Shown here piece after piece: positions 26,637 through 39,577 of a stretch of 64,000 nucleotides of DNA. This stretch comes from Lama glama (taxonomy: Eukaryota): assembly GCA_028534125.1 (NCBI GenBank), contig CM052818.1:47060001-47124000 (forward strand). Direction: 5' to 3'. The notes below the pieces were generated by a model that did not search any database, was not told where the DNA came from, and saw only the letters and a program-made list of their open reading frames with translations. How positions within the stretch are numbered: position 1 is the first letter of the stretch; each line of letters begins with the position of its first letter. The translations under genes and the position numbers were made by a program.

Positions 26637-27009
26637 CGTTTATGACATGGAAAAGGATGAGTCAAAACACTGGTTTCACACACGGTTTTTGGAACGTGAG
26701 GTTGAAATGACAAAACAAATGCAACACATTTTCAATAGCTCAGATCTACAGTGACACTGGAGGGACGACGGAGGATTTTGGGAGAACATACAGAAGGGGA
26801 TGAGGAAGAACTAATTACCTTCACGGCTATGGTGTGACATGTGACATTTGCAGGGCAGGGTCCAGTTACCGCAGCATCCCAAGGGGGTCCTGAGTTCTCC
26901 TGTGACTCTGAGTGGTGTGGGAGCAGACAACGGCATCAGTGATGGAGATGCCAGCCTGCCTTGCTCTTGGGTTTTGGTGACCCTCCGCTGGGGATGAATG
27001 CCATTACCC

Positions 27010-27190
27010 CACTGGGCAAGGGGCTGGGACTCCCAGGCATTGGGCCCCCACTCACTTTTTGACCTTTCATGGTCAGCTTCGGAGCCTTCATGGTGAGCAT
27101 GGGTGTGCCATTTAGCAGCTACTGTATTACAATGAGCGGATAATGAGGCTCAAGGTCTACTGGGAGTTGAACCTCCCTCCATCTTTGTGC
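27010..27190 (-). mobile_element. Degenerate fragment of the same LTR family as 18377-18992
   Basis: The reverse complement (gtagaccttgagcctcattatccgctcattgtaatacagtagc...aaaggtcaaaaagtg...cctgggagtcccagccccttgccc) aligns by eye to about 18480-18650. Confidence 0.75.
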
Positions 27191-28129
27191 TAATTGCTGT
27201 GTCCTTCCGTCAATGGCTGTGCCTTGTCCCCTTCCCTCCTGTCTCAAGGGTTTTGTGGGAGACCCAGGAAACGTTCTTCCTTGTGCACCATGTGGCAGCA
27301 CCTTGAAAATCCTCCCTGAATGAGCCCGTTCCTCCTCCCACTGCTCCCTCTAAACAGCTGCGGATCCCCATTCTCTGTCCCCAAGTCCCTTCCTGCCCTG
27401 TGCTCAGGCAGCCTCTGTGTCTCCCTAGTTCCAGCCCCCTCCTCCTAGGGCTTTCCCCGGCGTCTATCCACTCCACTTTTCATAGGTAACAATTAAGCCC
27501 TTTCTTTTTTTTTCTCCAGTTTATTTCCTCCCAACCCTGTCCTTTTTCCCTCCTCCTCAGAAATCCAAGGACCTTCCTCAGGACCCGCTCTTTTGACTCA
27601 GGGTAGGTATTTGAAATGATTAAGAATTTTTGAAAATTTCTATGATGGTAAAATGACTCAGTGACATTTATGGCCACCAGGACTGATGAGGCAGTTGTAC
27701 CAAATGTCATAAAATATAAATTTCTATACATAAGGAAATTTGAATTTGCATTGCAATTTTAAAAACATTTTATTTACAAAAATAAAATGGGGAGGGATTT
27801 ATGACTCTTTGCTTTCATGGCCTGGGTGTTCTTTTTCTAGTTTCTTTATTGGTTTACAGAATTGGTGTTTATATTTCTATATGCTCTGAATTAACAATTG
27901 TTTATTAATTAATAGCTCCTTTCAAAAGAAGATTGACGAAATAAGGGAAAAAGGGGAGAGGAGGAGGAGGAAGATTAGGCTTAAAACACTCAGAATGGCT
28001 TCTGTGGAAATGTCACATGCGCTATGTGGTAGCCAATCTGATGGATGCTCATAACTCTGTCTCGTGCTGAGACCACGCTGCATATTGGTTTAAAGGGCTC
28101 CGGGGTGGGACCTGGGGCTTGGACACATA

Positions 28130-28330
28130 GCTCTCCCAGCGCTTGGTGGCCTGTAACTTTCAGTGAATTTCTTAACGTCTGTCCACCTTAGTTTCCTAAA
28201 ATGAGAATAACAGTATTACTGACTTGTATTACTGAGTTGTATGGCTTCTGTGGGAAAAAAGATAAGTGCTTAGCATTTTGCCCACCACGTTGTAAAGGTT
28301 CAGTAAGTGTCAGCTGCCGTTGTTTTTATT
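28130..28330 (+). mobile_element. MIR fragment
   Basis: ccttagtttcctaaaatgagaataacagta...agtgcttagca...cagtaagtgtcagct. Confidence 0.6.
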
Positions 28331-28789
28331 ATAGGGTACAACTTTAATGATACTTTCTAAAGGCAAACCCAATGGCATGTTTCCTAAGATAGGGTTGTGG
28401 TGGTGAGTATTTGGTGTGTGTTATCTCCAGGTTTCTTGAAGATTTCCGGATCAGAGCCAGGGAAGGCGCCTGTGAACCAGGCAGCATGGTTTAAGGCCTG
28501 GGCAGACCCTGCCCCACCTGAATTCTTCCCTAAGTTCCAGTCTGGCATCCCCTGCTCCATCAGTGCCGCTCTGTAGTCAACATCCCTGCCTTGATTTGAT
28601 ATTCAACAAGGATTTGTGTCCGCTGTCCCCCAGACTGCTTTTGTGAAGGAGGCACAGAAATGACCAAAACGTCCTGGGTCTTGGCTCTTGTCACTTGCAT
28701 TCCGCCCATGGGGTGGGGAGACAGAAAAGTAAACAGATAAATATGCAGTCTGTAAGTCTTTTGCACTTTTACGAATTAAGCTATTGTTT

Positions 28790-31700
28790 AATCAAACGTT
28801 TTCTTTTCAGATCATTGTAGATTCACATGTAAGAAATAATACAGAAAGATGCCTTGACCCAGTTTTCCTGATTGCTAGCCTCTTGCAAAACTACAGTACA
28901 ATTGTACAGTCGGGATGCTGACATTGCCTCACTTAAGATACAGGGCAACTCCCTCACCACGAGCTTCGCTTATGTGGCTCTTCTATGACCACGCTTACTT
29001 CCTCTGCACCCTCATCTCCTCTGTGGTCCCTGAAAACCACTAATCTGTTCTCTACTTCTATTACTATTTTGTCCTGTCAAGAATATTATGTAAATAGAAT
29101 CAGAGTACGTAACCTTTTGGGACTGGCGTTTTTTGCACTCAGTGTGATGCTCTGGAGCGTTATCCAGGTTGCGGCACACAACAGTGGTGCGCGCTTTGTA
29201 TTGCTGGTGCTCTTTGTATTGCTGGCAGTGTCGTTCCACGATGAGGATGTGCCACAGTGTGTCTAAACATTTACCCGTTGAAGGACATCTGGGCTATTCC
29301 AGGTTTTTGCTATTATGAGTAAAGGGTTTGAATGAACATCAGTTTTTGTTTCTCTGGGATGAATGCCCAGGAGTGCGAATGCTGGGTGTGTGGTAGTGAT
29401 ACGTTTAGTTTTTTAAGAAACTGCTGAACTGTTTTCCAAAAAAAAAGTGGTTTGTAGCCTTTTATATTGCCGTGAACAATGTATGATGCTTCTCCACGTC
29501 CTCGCCAGCATTTGGTGTTGTCACTACTTCTTTTAACTGTTCTGATGAGTGTGCAGTGCTATTTCATCGTGGCTTTCTTTTGCATTCCCCTAATGGATAC
29601 TGATGCTAAACGTCTTTTCACTTGCTTATTTGCCATCTGTATATCCTCTCCAGTGAAATGTCTGTTCATGTCTTTTGTATATTTTGTAATTGAATTGTTT
29701 TTTTTTACTGTTGAGTTTTGAGAGCTGTTTATACATTTGGAGATTAGTCCTTCATTAGCTATGTGATTTGCAAATATTTCCTTTCAGTCTGTATGTTGGC
29801 TTTTTATCTTCTTAACAGGGTCATTCACAGAACTAAAGGTTTTAAATTTGATGACATCCACTTTCATCAGTTTTTCCTTTTATAGATTTTCCTTTTGGTG
29901 TCAAGTCAAAGAAATCTTTTCTTGGTCCAAGATCCCAAAGATTTTTCTCTTGTGTTACTTCTACACATTTTATAGTTTTATGTTTTAAGTCTGTGTCCAT
30001 TTTGAGTCATTTATATACATTATGAGGTTTAGGTAGAAAAAATTGTAGGGATACAATTTACTTTTGCACATTTATCTTATATCCTGTGATCGTGCTGAAC
30101 TCTGTTATTAGTGCTTGAAGATTTCTGGGGATACCTTGCTCCCCATTTTTAATTTTTAATTTTTCTTTCTGGCCTATGGACATCCAATTGCTCCATTACC
30201 ATTTGTCAAAAAGGCTAGCCTTCCTCCACTGAATTGCTCTTGCTCCTTTGTCAAAGGTCAGTTGGACTTATTTGTGTGTGTCTATTTCTAGGTTCTCTGC
30301 TGTGTTCCATTGACTTATATCCTCCAACAGCACCACTCAGTCTTGATCACTATGGCTATGGAATGTCTCCGAATTGTGCACAGTGTAATTTATTTTCAAA
30401 ATTGTTTTCGCTACTATGTTTCTTTTGCCTTTTCATATACGCTTCAGAGTGACCTTATCTCTCTGTAAAAATGCTTGCTGGGATTTTGATAACAATTGTA
30501 TCAAACCTGAATGTAAATTTGGGGAGAATTGACGTCTTTACTATGTTGAGTCTTCTAATCCATGAACATGGTATGTCTCTCCACTTACTTACATCTTGAT
30601 TTCCTTTGTAAGAGTTTTGTAGTTTTTAGCCTGTAAGTCCTCTCTATGTTTTATTACATTTATACATGAATAGCTCTTTTATTGAGCAATTGTAAATAAT
30701 GTATCTTTAATTTCAGGGTCCACATGTTCATTGAGAGTTTATAGAAATACAATTATTATTGAATACTTGCCTTACTTATCCTGTGATATTGCTGAACCAA
30801 CTTATGCGAGCGATTCTTGTGAGATTCCTTGGAAGTGTCTACATAGATAATTATGATATCCACAAATAGGGATAGTTTTACTTCTCCCTCTCTGATCTCT
30901 ATGACTTTTATTTTATTTTACTTTTTCTTGCCTTATTGCATTAGCTAGATCTTCCAGTACTATGTTGCATAAGAGTGATAAAAGTGGACATTCTTGCCTT
31001 TTCCCCAATTATAGGGAAAATACACTCAGTATTTTAACATGAAGTAAAATGTTAGCTGTAGGTTTTTGTAGTTGTTCTTTATCAAGCTGAGGAAGTTCCC
31101 CTTTGCTCCTGTTTTTCTAAGAGATTTTACCATAAGTTGGTATTAAATTTTGTCAAATGATTTGTCTCCATCGAGTGATATGGCCTTGAAATTTTTCTTT
31201 TTTAGATTTTTAATATGACAGATTACATTGAATGATTTTCAAATGTTGAACCAGCCTTGCATACCTGGAATAAACCACACTTGGTTATGGCAGATAATTC
31301 TCTTTATATTTAGATGAATCCTATTTGGTAATATTTTGTTACAGTTTTTTACATCTTATTCATGAGGAGTATTGGTCTGTAGTTTCCTCTTTTTTTCCCC
31401 CTACTATCTTTGTCTGGTTTTCCTATCAACCAGATAATGAAAATTCCTTCATAAAATGAATTGGGAAGTATCCCTTATTCTTTCATTTTCTGAAAAAAAG
31501 ATTTTTATAGAATTGATGTTGCTTATTCTTGAAATATTTGATAGAATTTTTTGGAGAAACTCTAGACTTAGAGATTTCCACTTTGGGAGTTTTAAAATCA
31601 TGCATTTAATTTCCTTGATAGTTACAGTGGTATTAAAATAATGTGTGTAATATCTGGTGAATCGTAGCAGTTTGTGTTTCTTGAGTAATTAGTCTATTTC

Positions 31701-31920
31701 ATCTAAGCTGATAAACTTATGTTTGTAGAATTGTTCATTGTTTATTATGCTTTCAGTGTCTGCGGGGTCTGTAAAAATATTGTGCTTCATTCCTGATGTT
31801 GGTAATTTGTGCCTTCTGACTTGTTGGAGGTTTGTCAATTTTATTGATGTTTCCAAAGAATGAGTTTTAAATTTTATTGATTTTCTCTCTATTGTTTTTA
31901 ATGTCATTGATTTTAGTTAT
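28790..31920 (-). mobile_element. L1MC-like LINE (3' UTR plus degraded ORF2), about 3.1 kb
   Basis: The 3' end gtagattcacatgtaagaaataatacagaaag is L1MC3-like, followed by continuous antisense ORF2 motifs (ttgccatctgtatatcctc, gaaccagccttgcatacctggaataaa). Confidence 0.88.
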
Positions 31921-33065
31921 TCCCCACAATAAATCAGGGTCCTCAAAACTTCTCTCTTGAGGCCTAGTCACCTACCTTTGCTGATTCTTGAATGGGGAGC
32001 ATCTTGCAGATATAACGAGTTGGATTCAGTGGCATCTGGGAAGATGACTTTGATATATCCAGGACCACCATGGATGACACAGGGTGCAGCTAGTGCAGAC
32101 CCATCTGGGGGACCCTTGTGCTTGCCCAAACTCCCCACTCTTCAGTGTGAGTGACTCTCTCCTACTTCCTAGTGGTCGAGTTCCAACTTTCTTTACTATT
32201 ACTCCTGGTGCAACATCCCTGAGCCACTGGAGGCCATCAAGTACCAAGCTTAGTTTACATTTTCCACCTCCTCAGTATCTGCCCCAGGCTTGAGGCATAG
32301 CAAAGGTGGCATTTTGTTGCATGGTATCCAAATAAACCTGTTAAATACCAAATTTGAAATAGACATTTAAAAGTACATTTCCAGGATAAAACCAGAATGG
32401 CAATCTGAAGTAAGTTCTGTGAAGAGAAATCTGGCTTTGAACCAGTTTCTGCATCTTTCTCCCCACTATAGCATGATGACAAAGTAGAGCTCCCGTGACC
32501 ATACGAGGATTAAATGAGATTGTGCAGAGTCTGATACTCAATGAGTGATGCATCACTGTTACCTTCTGGAGACCTTTACCGTCCACACACCTAACACATT
32601 GTGTGGAATATACTAGTACTTAACAAGCCTGGATGAATGGAACTAGAGCCCATCCAACTGATCCAGGTACCTTCTCACAAGGGGGTTTTCAGAACGTCCC
32701 TTGACTTTTTATGGTCATGCTATTTTTTTTTTTAAATATGAACCTACAATTATTGTCTTAAAACATTTTAAATAAAATAGGCACAAAGTTTTTTCAGTAA
32801 CTGTGGCTTACCCATTTGTGGGTCAGATTATTTTTCAAGCTATAAATCCGTAAGTTGATATACTGTAAATAATATAAATCTTTAAAGAACAGATTATTAA
32901 AGTTAGAACAGCTTTAGTCTTTTCACTGAAGGCATCTCTCACTTGAGGCAGAAATGGAATCCATTTTTTGCCCTAATTCTAAGCTCCACGGACAAGGACA
33001 GTCTCTCATTTGTTCTTCATTATCCACCTGGTACCCAGGACAGTGCCAAGGTCATAGTAAGAGCC

Positions 33066-33485
33066 TGCTAGGGGTTGAGTTGTGTTCCTCTGCCCCCAAA
33101 AAGATGCTGGAGTCCTAAACCCCAGTACCTTAGAATGTGACCCTATTTGGAGATGGGGTCTTTATAGATGGAATCAAGTTGAGATGAGGTCATTAGAGTG
33201 AACTCTAATCCAATATGACCTTATAGGAAGGGGAAATTTGGATACAGATATACACACAGGGCACAGGGAGGACACGATATGAAGATGAAGGCAGAGGTCT
33301 GTAAGCCAAGGGATCCCCCAAATTGTGTGCAAACCAACAGAAACTACAGGAGAGAACTGAAAAGACCCACTCAGACCATCAGAAGGTATCAGCCCTGCTG
33401 ACAGACACCTTGATCTCAGGCTTCCAGCCTCCAAAAGAATACATTTTTTTTTGTTCAAGTCACCCAGTGTGTGGTACTCTGTCAC
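33066..33485 (+). mobile_element. MLT1 (MaLR) solo LTR
   Basis: gtcctaaaccccagtaccttagaatgtgaccctatttggagatggggtcttta, gacaccttgatctcagg, ttcaagtcacccagtgtgtggtact. Confidence 0.85.
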
Positions 33486-34899
33486 TGTCCTTATAAAAAG
33501 GGGAGTTTGGATACAGATACACACACTAGGTAAAAATGAAGGCAGAAATCTATAAGCGTAGCAGTCAGCTAACACAGTGCCTGATCAATATGTGCTATGA
33601 AATACAAGGAAGAAACAACTGTGCATGGATTTACACAGCCCTTCCCCTTACCTGAAATAAGGGCTCAGTCAATGTTTGTTGCTAAGATGATCCTTAACGT
33701 CGGCCACATTTTTTTGTTTGTTTATTTTGGTTTTTATTTCTCATTGTTTGTTACTCTCAAAAACGCCCAGTATCATTTTAACCTCCCAAATGTTTTGATT
33801 ATCCTTCTCTCCATGAATCTTCAACCTGAGAGGAGGGAATGGGACAAGAGTGGCTGGTGTCTCCTGAGATCGTGTGTGACACCAGCCATAAACATAAAAT
33901 CTTAAGAATCACATATTGTAGGGCCAGCATTACAGTGTAGGGGAAATGTGAGTCATCCAGGCATTTGTGATGATCTTGTCATGCACGGATGGGTACCTGG
34001 CAGACTTCATTTTCTCTAGGATTTCTGCCACCAACTGTCACTACATACTTCTCAATTTGCACAATCTCCTCACTGCCAAGAATGAGATACCTCCGTGAGA
34101 CTTGTAATTGCAGAACTGCTCCTGTCGCCCCTTCCCCAAATCCCTAGAGATTAAATCTGCACATTCTGACAAAATAATTTCTTGATTTTGTTTTCTGTAT
34201 GAGTCATTAAGGTTTCCTGAACATGCTCCATTGTCAACAGGGAGTCAGTGTTAAACCCCCAAAAGTACTTCCTCCTCTGACAGTTTAATTGTTCTCTTGG
34301 TTTCCAGGTTTTTCACCTTTTATGAAATATGATACTTTCTCTACAGCTTGTCTAAATACAGGTAGGAAAACATGGGACAGGTTTCTAAGCTGAAAAGCTA
34401 AATGCTAATTAGAAGGCAAATGGGATTTTTTGCAAGTACGTACTGAGTGTCTTGAAAGGCCACTCAGGTTTCTCCGGGGCCCCCGATGGCTTGAGATGAA
34501 CACCGAAAGGAAGGCAGGGATTGTGTGGAATGCTGTTCAGATACCTGGGCACCAACTGCCATTTGGATATCAGTTCACTGTTGGCCAAAGAGACGTGAGT
34601 GCCTCGGCTTGCCTGAGGACTGCCTCGCCTGCTCACTATTGGCTTTGTGGTTCATAATGAGCCTTGGTGCCTGGAACCCATGTAGCCACCATACAGTCCT
34701 TGTTCAAGGCAGTTCCCCACATGCTCTCTTCATCCTGCACCTCCCACCTCCGCTAAGTTCTTGCTCTGCCACTGACGTCTGCCCCACCTCTTTGCTTGAT
34801 TGGGGTTTGTCTTAGAATTTGTACTCATCTTTTTTTTTTTCCTCTTCTTTTTCTTCTTTCATGGTATCCTCTCTACTTACTTTTACCTTCTTTCCAGGC

Positions 34900-35750
34900 A
34901 ACATCACCATCTTCCCCAGCTTCAAGTCGCATCTCTGTACCTTCACTCCCAAATCTTGACTTTCACCAAAGACCTGTGTGCTGAGCTCTAACCCTCTGTT
35001 TCCAAGGGCTCAATAAACGTGACCAGCAAAACTGTATAGGCACTCGAGTTAAGATGCCACCAGGGGAAATGGGTAATGTCTCCAGAATTCCTCCTCTTCT
35101 TGTACTCCCTGTTTCAGCAAATGGCAGGATTCCCGGCCCCTGCTCTCAGCTAGAGTCGTGATCAGCTTGATCTTTCCTCTGTTGCATTTCTCACATCCAG
35201 TGTGATCAGATTTGTTCAGTCTTGCCTTGTATTTAACTCTCAAATTTGTTGTCTTTTTTTTCATTTTTACTGTCAGAACTTTGGTTCTGCCCTTGGCGTC
35301 TCCTAGGCCTATTACCTAAGATGCAGCCCAAGACTATCTTTCCCTCAACACACAATCTGGTCCAAGTGTGGGTCCTGATTTTGAAAATCTGTGATGGGGT
35401 CTGAGACCCTGCACTTCTAATGAGCTTCCGGGTGCTGCTGCTGGTTCAGGGGCCACATGTTGAGTCGCGATGGTCCTAACAAGCAACATCCTTCTCTCAT
35501 GTCCTCCACCCTCTGTTCCCCGCCCCTGCCCTCTACATCACGGGACACCTCTGCGCTAAACTCACAGGTCATTCTCCACGATGTTGACAACCATCTAATC
35601 TCTTGAAGCAAAAATATGATAGTGCCACTGTTCTGTTTAAAACCTTTAATTAGGATCTTGTTGTCTTCAGGACGAAGTACAAGCTCCTTGGCAGAATATG
35701 CAGGATGATTTTAGTGATCTGAAAGCCACCTGCCTCTTATCTTCTCTATC
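34900..35750. mobile_element. L2 fragments interrupted by a MER5A piece (about 35375-35480)
   Basis: L2-like ccactgttctgtttaaaacctt...aagctccttggc; MER5A-like ggggtctgagaccctgcacttctaatgagcttccgggtgctgctgctgg. Confidence 0.55.
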
Positions 35751-36840
35751 TCTCAATTCATAGGTTAATATATATATATATATATATTTTTTTTTTCAGG
35801 GAAAGGGACTGGAGAATTTGTTGGATTCTTAAAGTAGCCTTTAACCTCAGAAAGGGGAATAACTGCTATCCTTTTTCAATGGAGAAATATTATAGATGAA
35901 GAAACAGTGACCCACATAGATGGGACAAGTTCCGTGAGCTTATAAATTCTAGGGAGTTGCAGACACTGGACCAGACCTTCAGTCCTTGGAGGTCTAGTCC
36001 AGGGCTGATTACACGGAGCCATAGACCTCACCTTTTGTTAGTGAGATTGGGTCAAAATGAGATGTGGCTATGAGGAAGTGTGACGACTTAAGTCATAGCG
36101 CAAAGCAACTTGTTTAGTGTCTTGAATTCCTCTGCCTTCATTGTGTCCAAACTGGGGGAAGGCTTGACTGTACTTGTTTGATAATGGAAAATAAACAGGA
36201 GAAAGAGAGAGGCTCTGGAAATGCAAGAAGGGCAGCTGGGACTGTGGCTGGAAGAGGTGACTAGGAGTGTGCTGTGTCGAGATGGTGACCAACGAGCTGC
36301 AGATGGAAAAGCTGGGTTACTCAGCCTGGAGGAGAGAGGTTGTGGGGATGGCGGGGGCTTTTCCAAGAAGTCAGGAGATCCGTTTTCCAATTTCTGCCAA
36401 ACTACTATGAGGGTGGAAGTGACAAGGAAGCAGGTTTCGGCCAACTGACGAGTAGAATTGTCCAGGGATGGATGGGATGCGTTGAGATGTGGCAGGTGTT
36501 GCTCTAGCAGAGTTCCCATGACTACATGGCCTGGCTGCTGTGGGTGTGACTCTTCACAGCACACAAGATGAGGTCAGATGACCTCTGACTGCTGCCCTTT
36601 ACCCTCACCTCCCTGACTGTGCGTGCTTTAGCGAAGAAGCCCTAGTGATGGGCGTCCACTTCTTAAACAGTTCAGTGGTCACAGACGGAGGGGAGCGGGT
36701 ACCACGGATGACAGCCTTAATCAGAAAAGGCATTTTTAATCAGTCTATTTCTCTTGAGTCTATGCTGAATAGGTGACTATTTACTCTGTTCTTGTAATTT
36801 TCTAGAGTGTTCTATGGCTAACCTGTTTCATAGAGCAAGC

Positions 36841-37025
36841 CAGAGATTGTCAAAATGTTTCTGTAAAGGGCCAGATAGTAAATTTTTGGCTTTGTAGGAT
36901 CTCTGTCTTGACTGCTCAACCCTGCTGTTGTAGCATGAAGGCAGTCCATAGACAATCCCTACATGAATAAGTGTGGCTGGGTGCCAATAACACTTTATTT
37001 GCAAAAACAGACAGCAACCCCAATT
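36841..37025 (+). mobile_element. MER58A-like hAT-Charlie MITE
   Basis: tttctgtaaagggccagatagtaaatttttggctttg...gtggctgggtgccaataacactttatttgcaaaaacag. Confidence 0.85.
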
Positions 37026-39156
37026 TATCCGCACAGATTAAACAGTCCTACAAAACAAACTGACTTTGTGTTTAATTTGAAACATTGGTTGAAAAACAGA
37101 AAATGCATTCAGCATATACCAATTTTCTGTGATGTACGTGTGACCACGTGTATTTGTTTGTGTGAGCTCCTAAAAGTAAACACGGTTTCCATGAGCCCGC
37201 TAGTTTACGTTTTGGTTAGCGCGTTGAAACATTACCTCTAAAGACCAACGTTACTTCTTGTTTCTGCAGAAGACTTCAAAACCCACCAGCAGAGCAGAGC
37301 AGAGGGAGAAATATATGTTGACTTTAAAGCTATAAATTTACTATCAGGATTGTTCATCTTTAAAGATACTGTTTTGACTTTCCAAAGACAGTTTTTTAAA
37401 TGTCAAAATAAATAGCGTTTGACATTTAAAAATACAATTAGTGTTGAGCATTCAGTAGAGGGTGGGCAGGAGAAGCAGCTGGGCTTGCGGAGGAGGAGTG
37501 GTTTCTGGTACCCGGTCCCCCCACTCAGGTTTATTACACTTCTGGTTATTCCAAAAGGTGGTGATTGTTGCATCTTGGGGTCTGTTTAATCTCCAGCTGT
37601 GAACATGTGATCAATCATCTCATGGACAACAAAAGACCTTTTCTGGGACCAGCAATGATTTCCACGTGCTCTCAGGGGTTTATGTATGTGCTGTCCTGCC
37701 AGCGGGCCGGCCCCAGCGATGCCTTCTCTGCATTTCTGGACGTAAGGGAGCTCAGAAAGAAAACTCAGGACATACTGCTTCTGCTATTGACTTTGCAGCT
37801 AACTTACTGCCTTGGGGAGTTGCATCTTAGTTTTCTAATAAAGATTAGGAAATAGTCTTTATTATAAGATAATAATAAAGATAAGGAAATAACACTTGTA
37901 AGTTTGCAAAGCTCTTTGCAATTTCAAATGCAAATATTATCAATGTGCAAATTATTGTAATTGTTCCTCAACTGCTGCTTTTTACTTACAAATGGCTGAG
38001 CCTCTTCCTCCTATTTCTGGAAAGGACACCAAAACCAGCCTCAAAGGTTCTAGAGGAAATAAATGTATGTTGTCTGGACAGGGAAAGTCGGGAGTGAAAA
38101 AGAAAACACGGGCTACACGTGCTACAGAAGTTTCAGGCTATTTGGCTGAAATTCCTCCCTGTCTTGGGATGTATAGGGTGACTAGAACTCAGCAAATAGA
38201 CACTCTTCAATTTTAATTTGAACCTGGAGAGCTAGTGGAGGCAAAACCATTTTTCAGAATCTTCATTCTCTATAGTTCCTTGGAATTGAAATTGCTTAAA
38301 TGAATTTCATGTTTTATTTTGAACCGTTTAAGAACATACCCTGCAAGGATGTGAAATCTACCATTGGGATTCCCATTTCCGCCATTTGCAAAATGGATGT
38401 GGCTGGTTGAGAGCTGGTGTGACCCTGGTGGGGGTTTGCTACGTCGCTTTCCATCACCTGCTTGGTGAAATACGACAGAGCAGACGGAAGCTGGCAACTC
38501 ATCCCCATGGAAGACGTCCTGGGGAAGGCTGAGGTGCAGTCGGTGTGCACATTGCCCGGCGGTCTCCCGCTTAAGCTTCTGCCTGAATGAAACAGAAGCA
38601 TTTGCTCTGTTTCAGATTTTCAAATTAATGATCCCAGAAATGGTTTCTAAGTGAATGTTTCCCTCTTTTTTTTCCCTTTGTCTTTGTGTGTCCCCATCTC
38701 CTTCTTGCAGTCTTATTCGTAAGGGTCCCACTCGTTCCAGGTGGCTGAGGGGGACGTATTTTGACTTACCTGGTCAGTGGTGCTGGCTGGGGTCAGACAG
38801 CACAGCCCCGTGAGTCTGTAGCAGTGTTGGTGTCCCCACGTGGAGGATATTATTAAATCAGGAAGACTATTTCAGCAATTAGATGGCAGCATGTATCTTA
38901 GTGATGGTAGAAGATAAATACTTAGGCAGGAAAAGCTGTAGAACGCAAAAACTAATTTTGTGGGAGATCAAGGTCAAGTGTACATACTAACAGTCTTTGA
39001 TTTATTGCCATTATTAAAAAATTGAGCTTAATTTACCAAATGTGAAGTGCTCACTTTTGCTGTTCTGTTGGAGAGCACATCTTTCACAGTTAAGTTCAAA
39101 GTATCGGTGACATGACGGAAGAAACTTGAGATATGGATGCTTTTTGTAACAATATT

Positions 39157-39335
39157 TTTTTTGCTAGCTGATGGAAGTCTTTATTATTTTATTTTTCAGC
39201 CTCATAGAGCTCTTATTTTTATTTTTTTTTAAATTGAAGTATGGTTAGCTACAATATGTCAATTTCTGGTGTACACCATAATGTCCCAGCCATGCAGATA
39301 TACACCATATATTCATTTTCATGTTCCTTTTCACA
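39157..39335 (-). mobile_element. Very short camelid-type L1 3' end with transduced tail
   Basis: L1 terminus at about 39231-39335 and a TSD taacaatatt at 39147-39156 and 39336-39345. Confidence 0.85.
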
Positions 39336-39577
39336 TAACAATATTAAAACACAGAAAAACCCCCAAATTATTAATAGTCTGCAATGATTAACCATTTATC
39401 TTCTATCCACACAATGGAAAATGATGAACCATTGGAAATTATTTTGTTTAGTTTGTTTACTTTTAAACTATTTAAGTGTTTAATGCCAGGAGATTATGCT
39501 ACACAGTTAAATTTAAAAAATCAACATGTAATTACTATAAATGCCATGATCCCATTTCCTTAAATCTACCTACGGTA

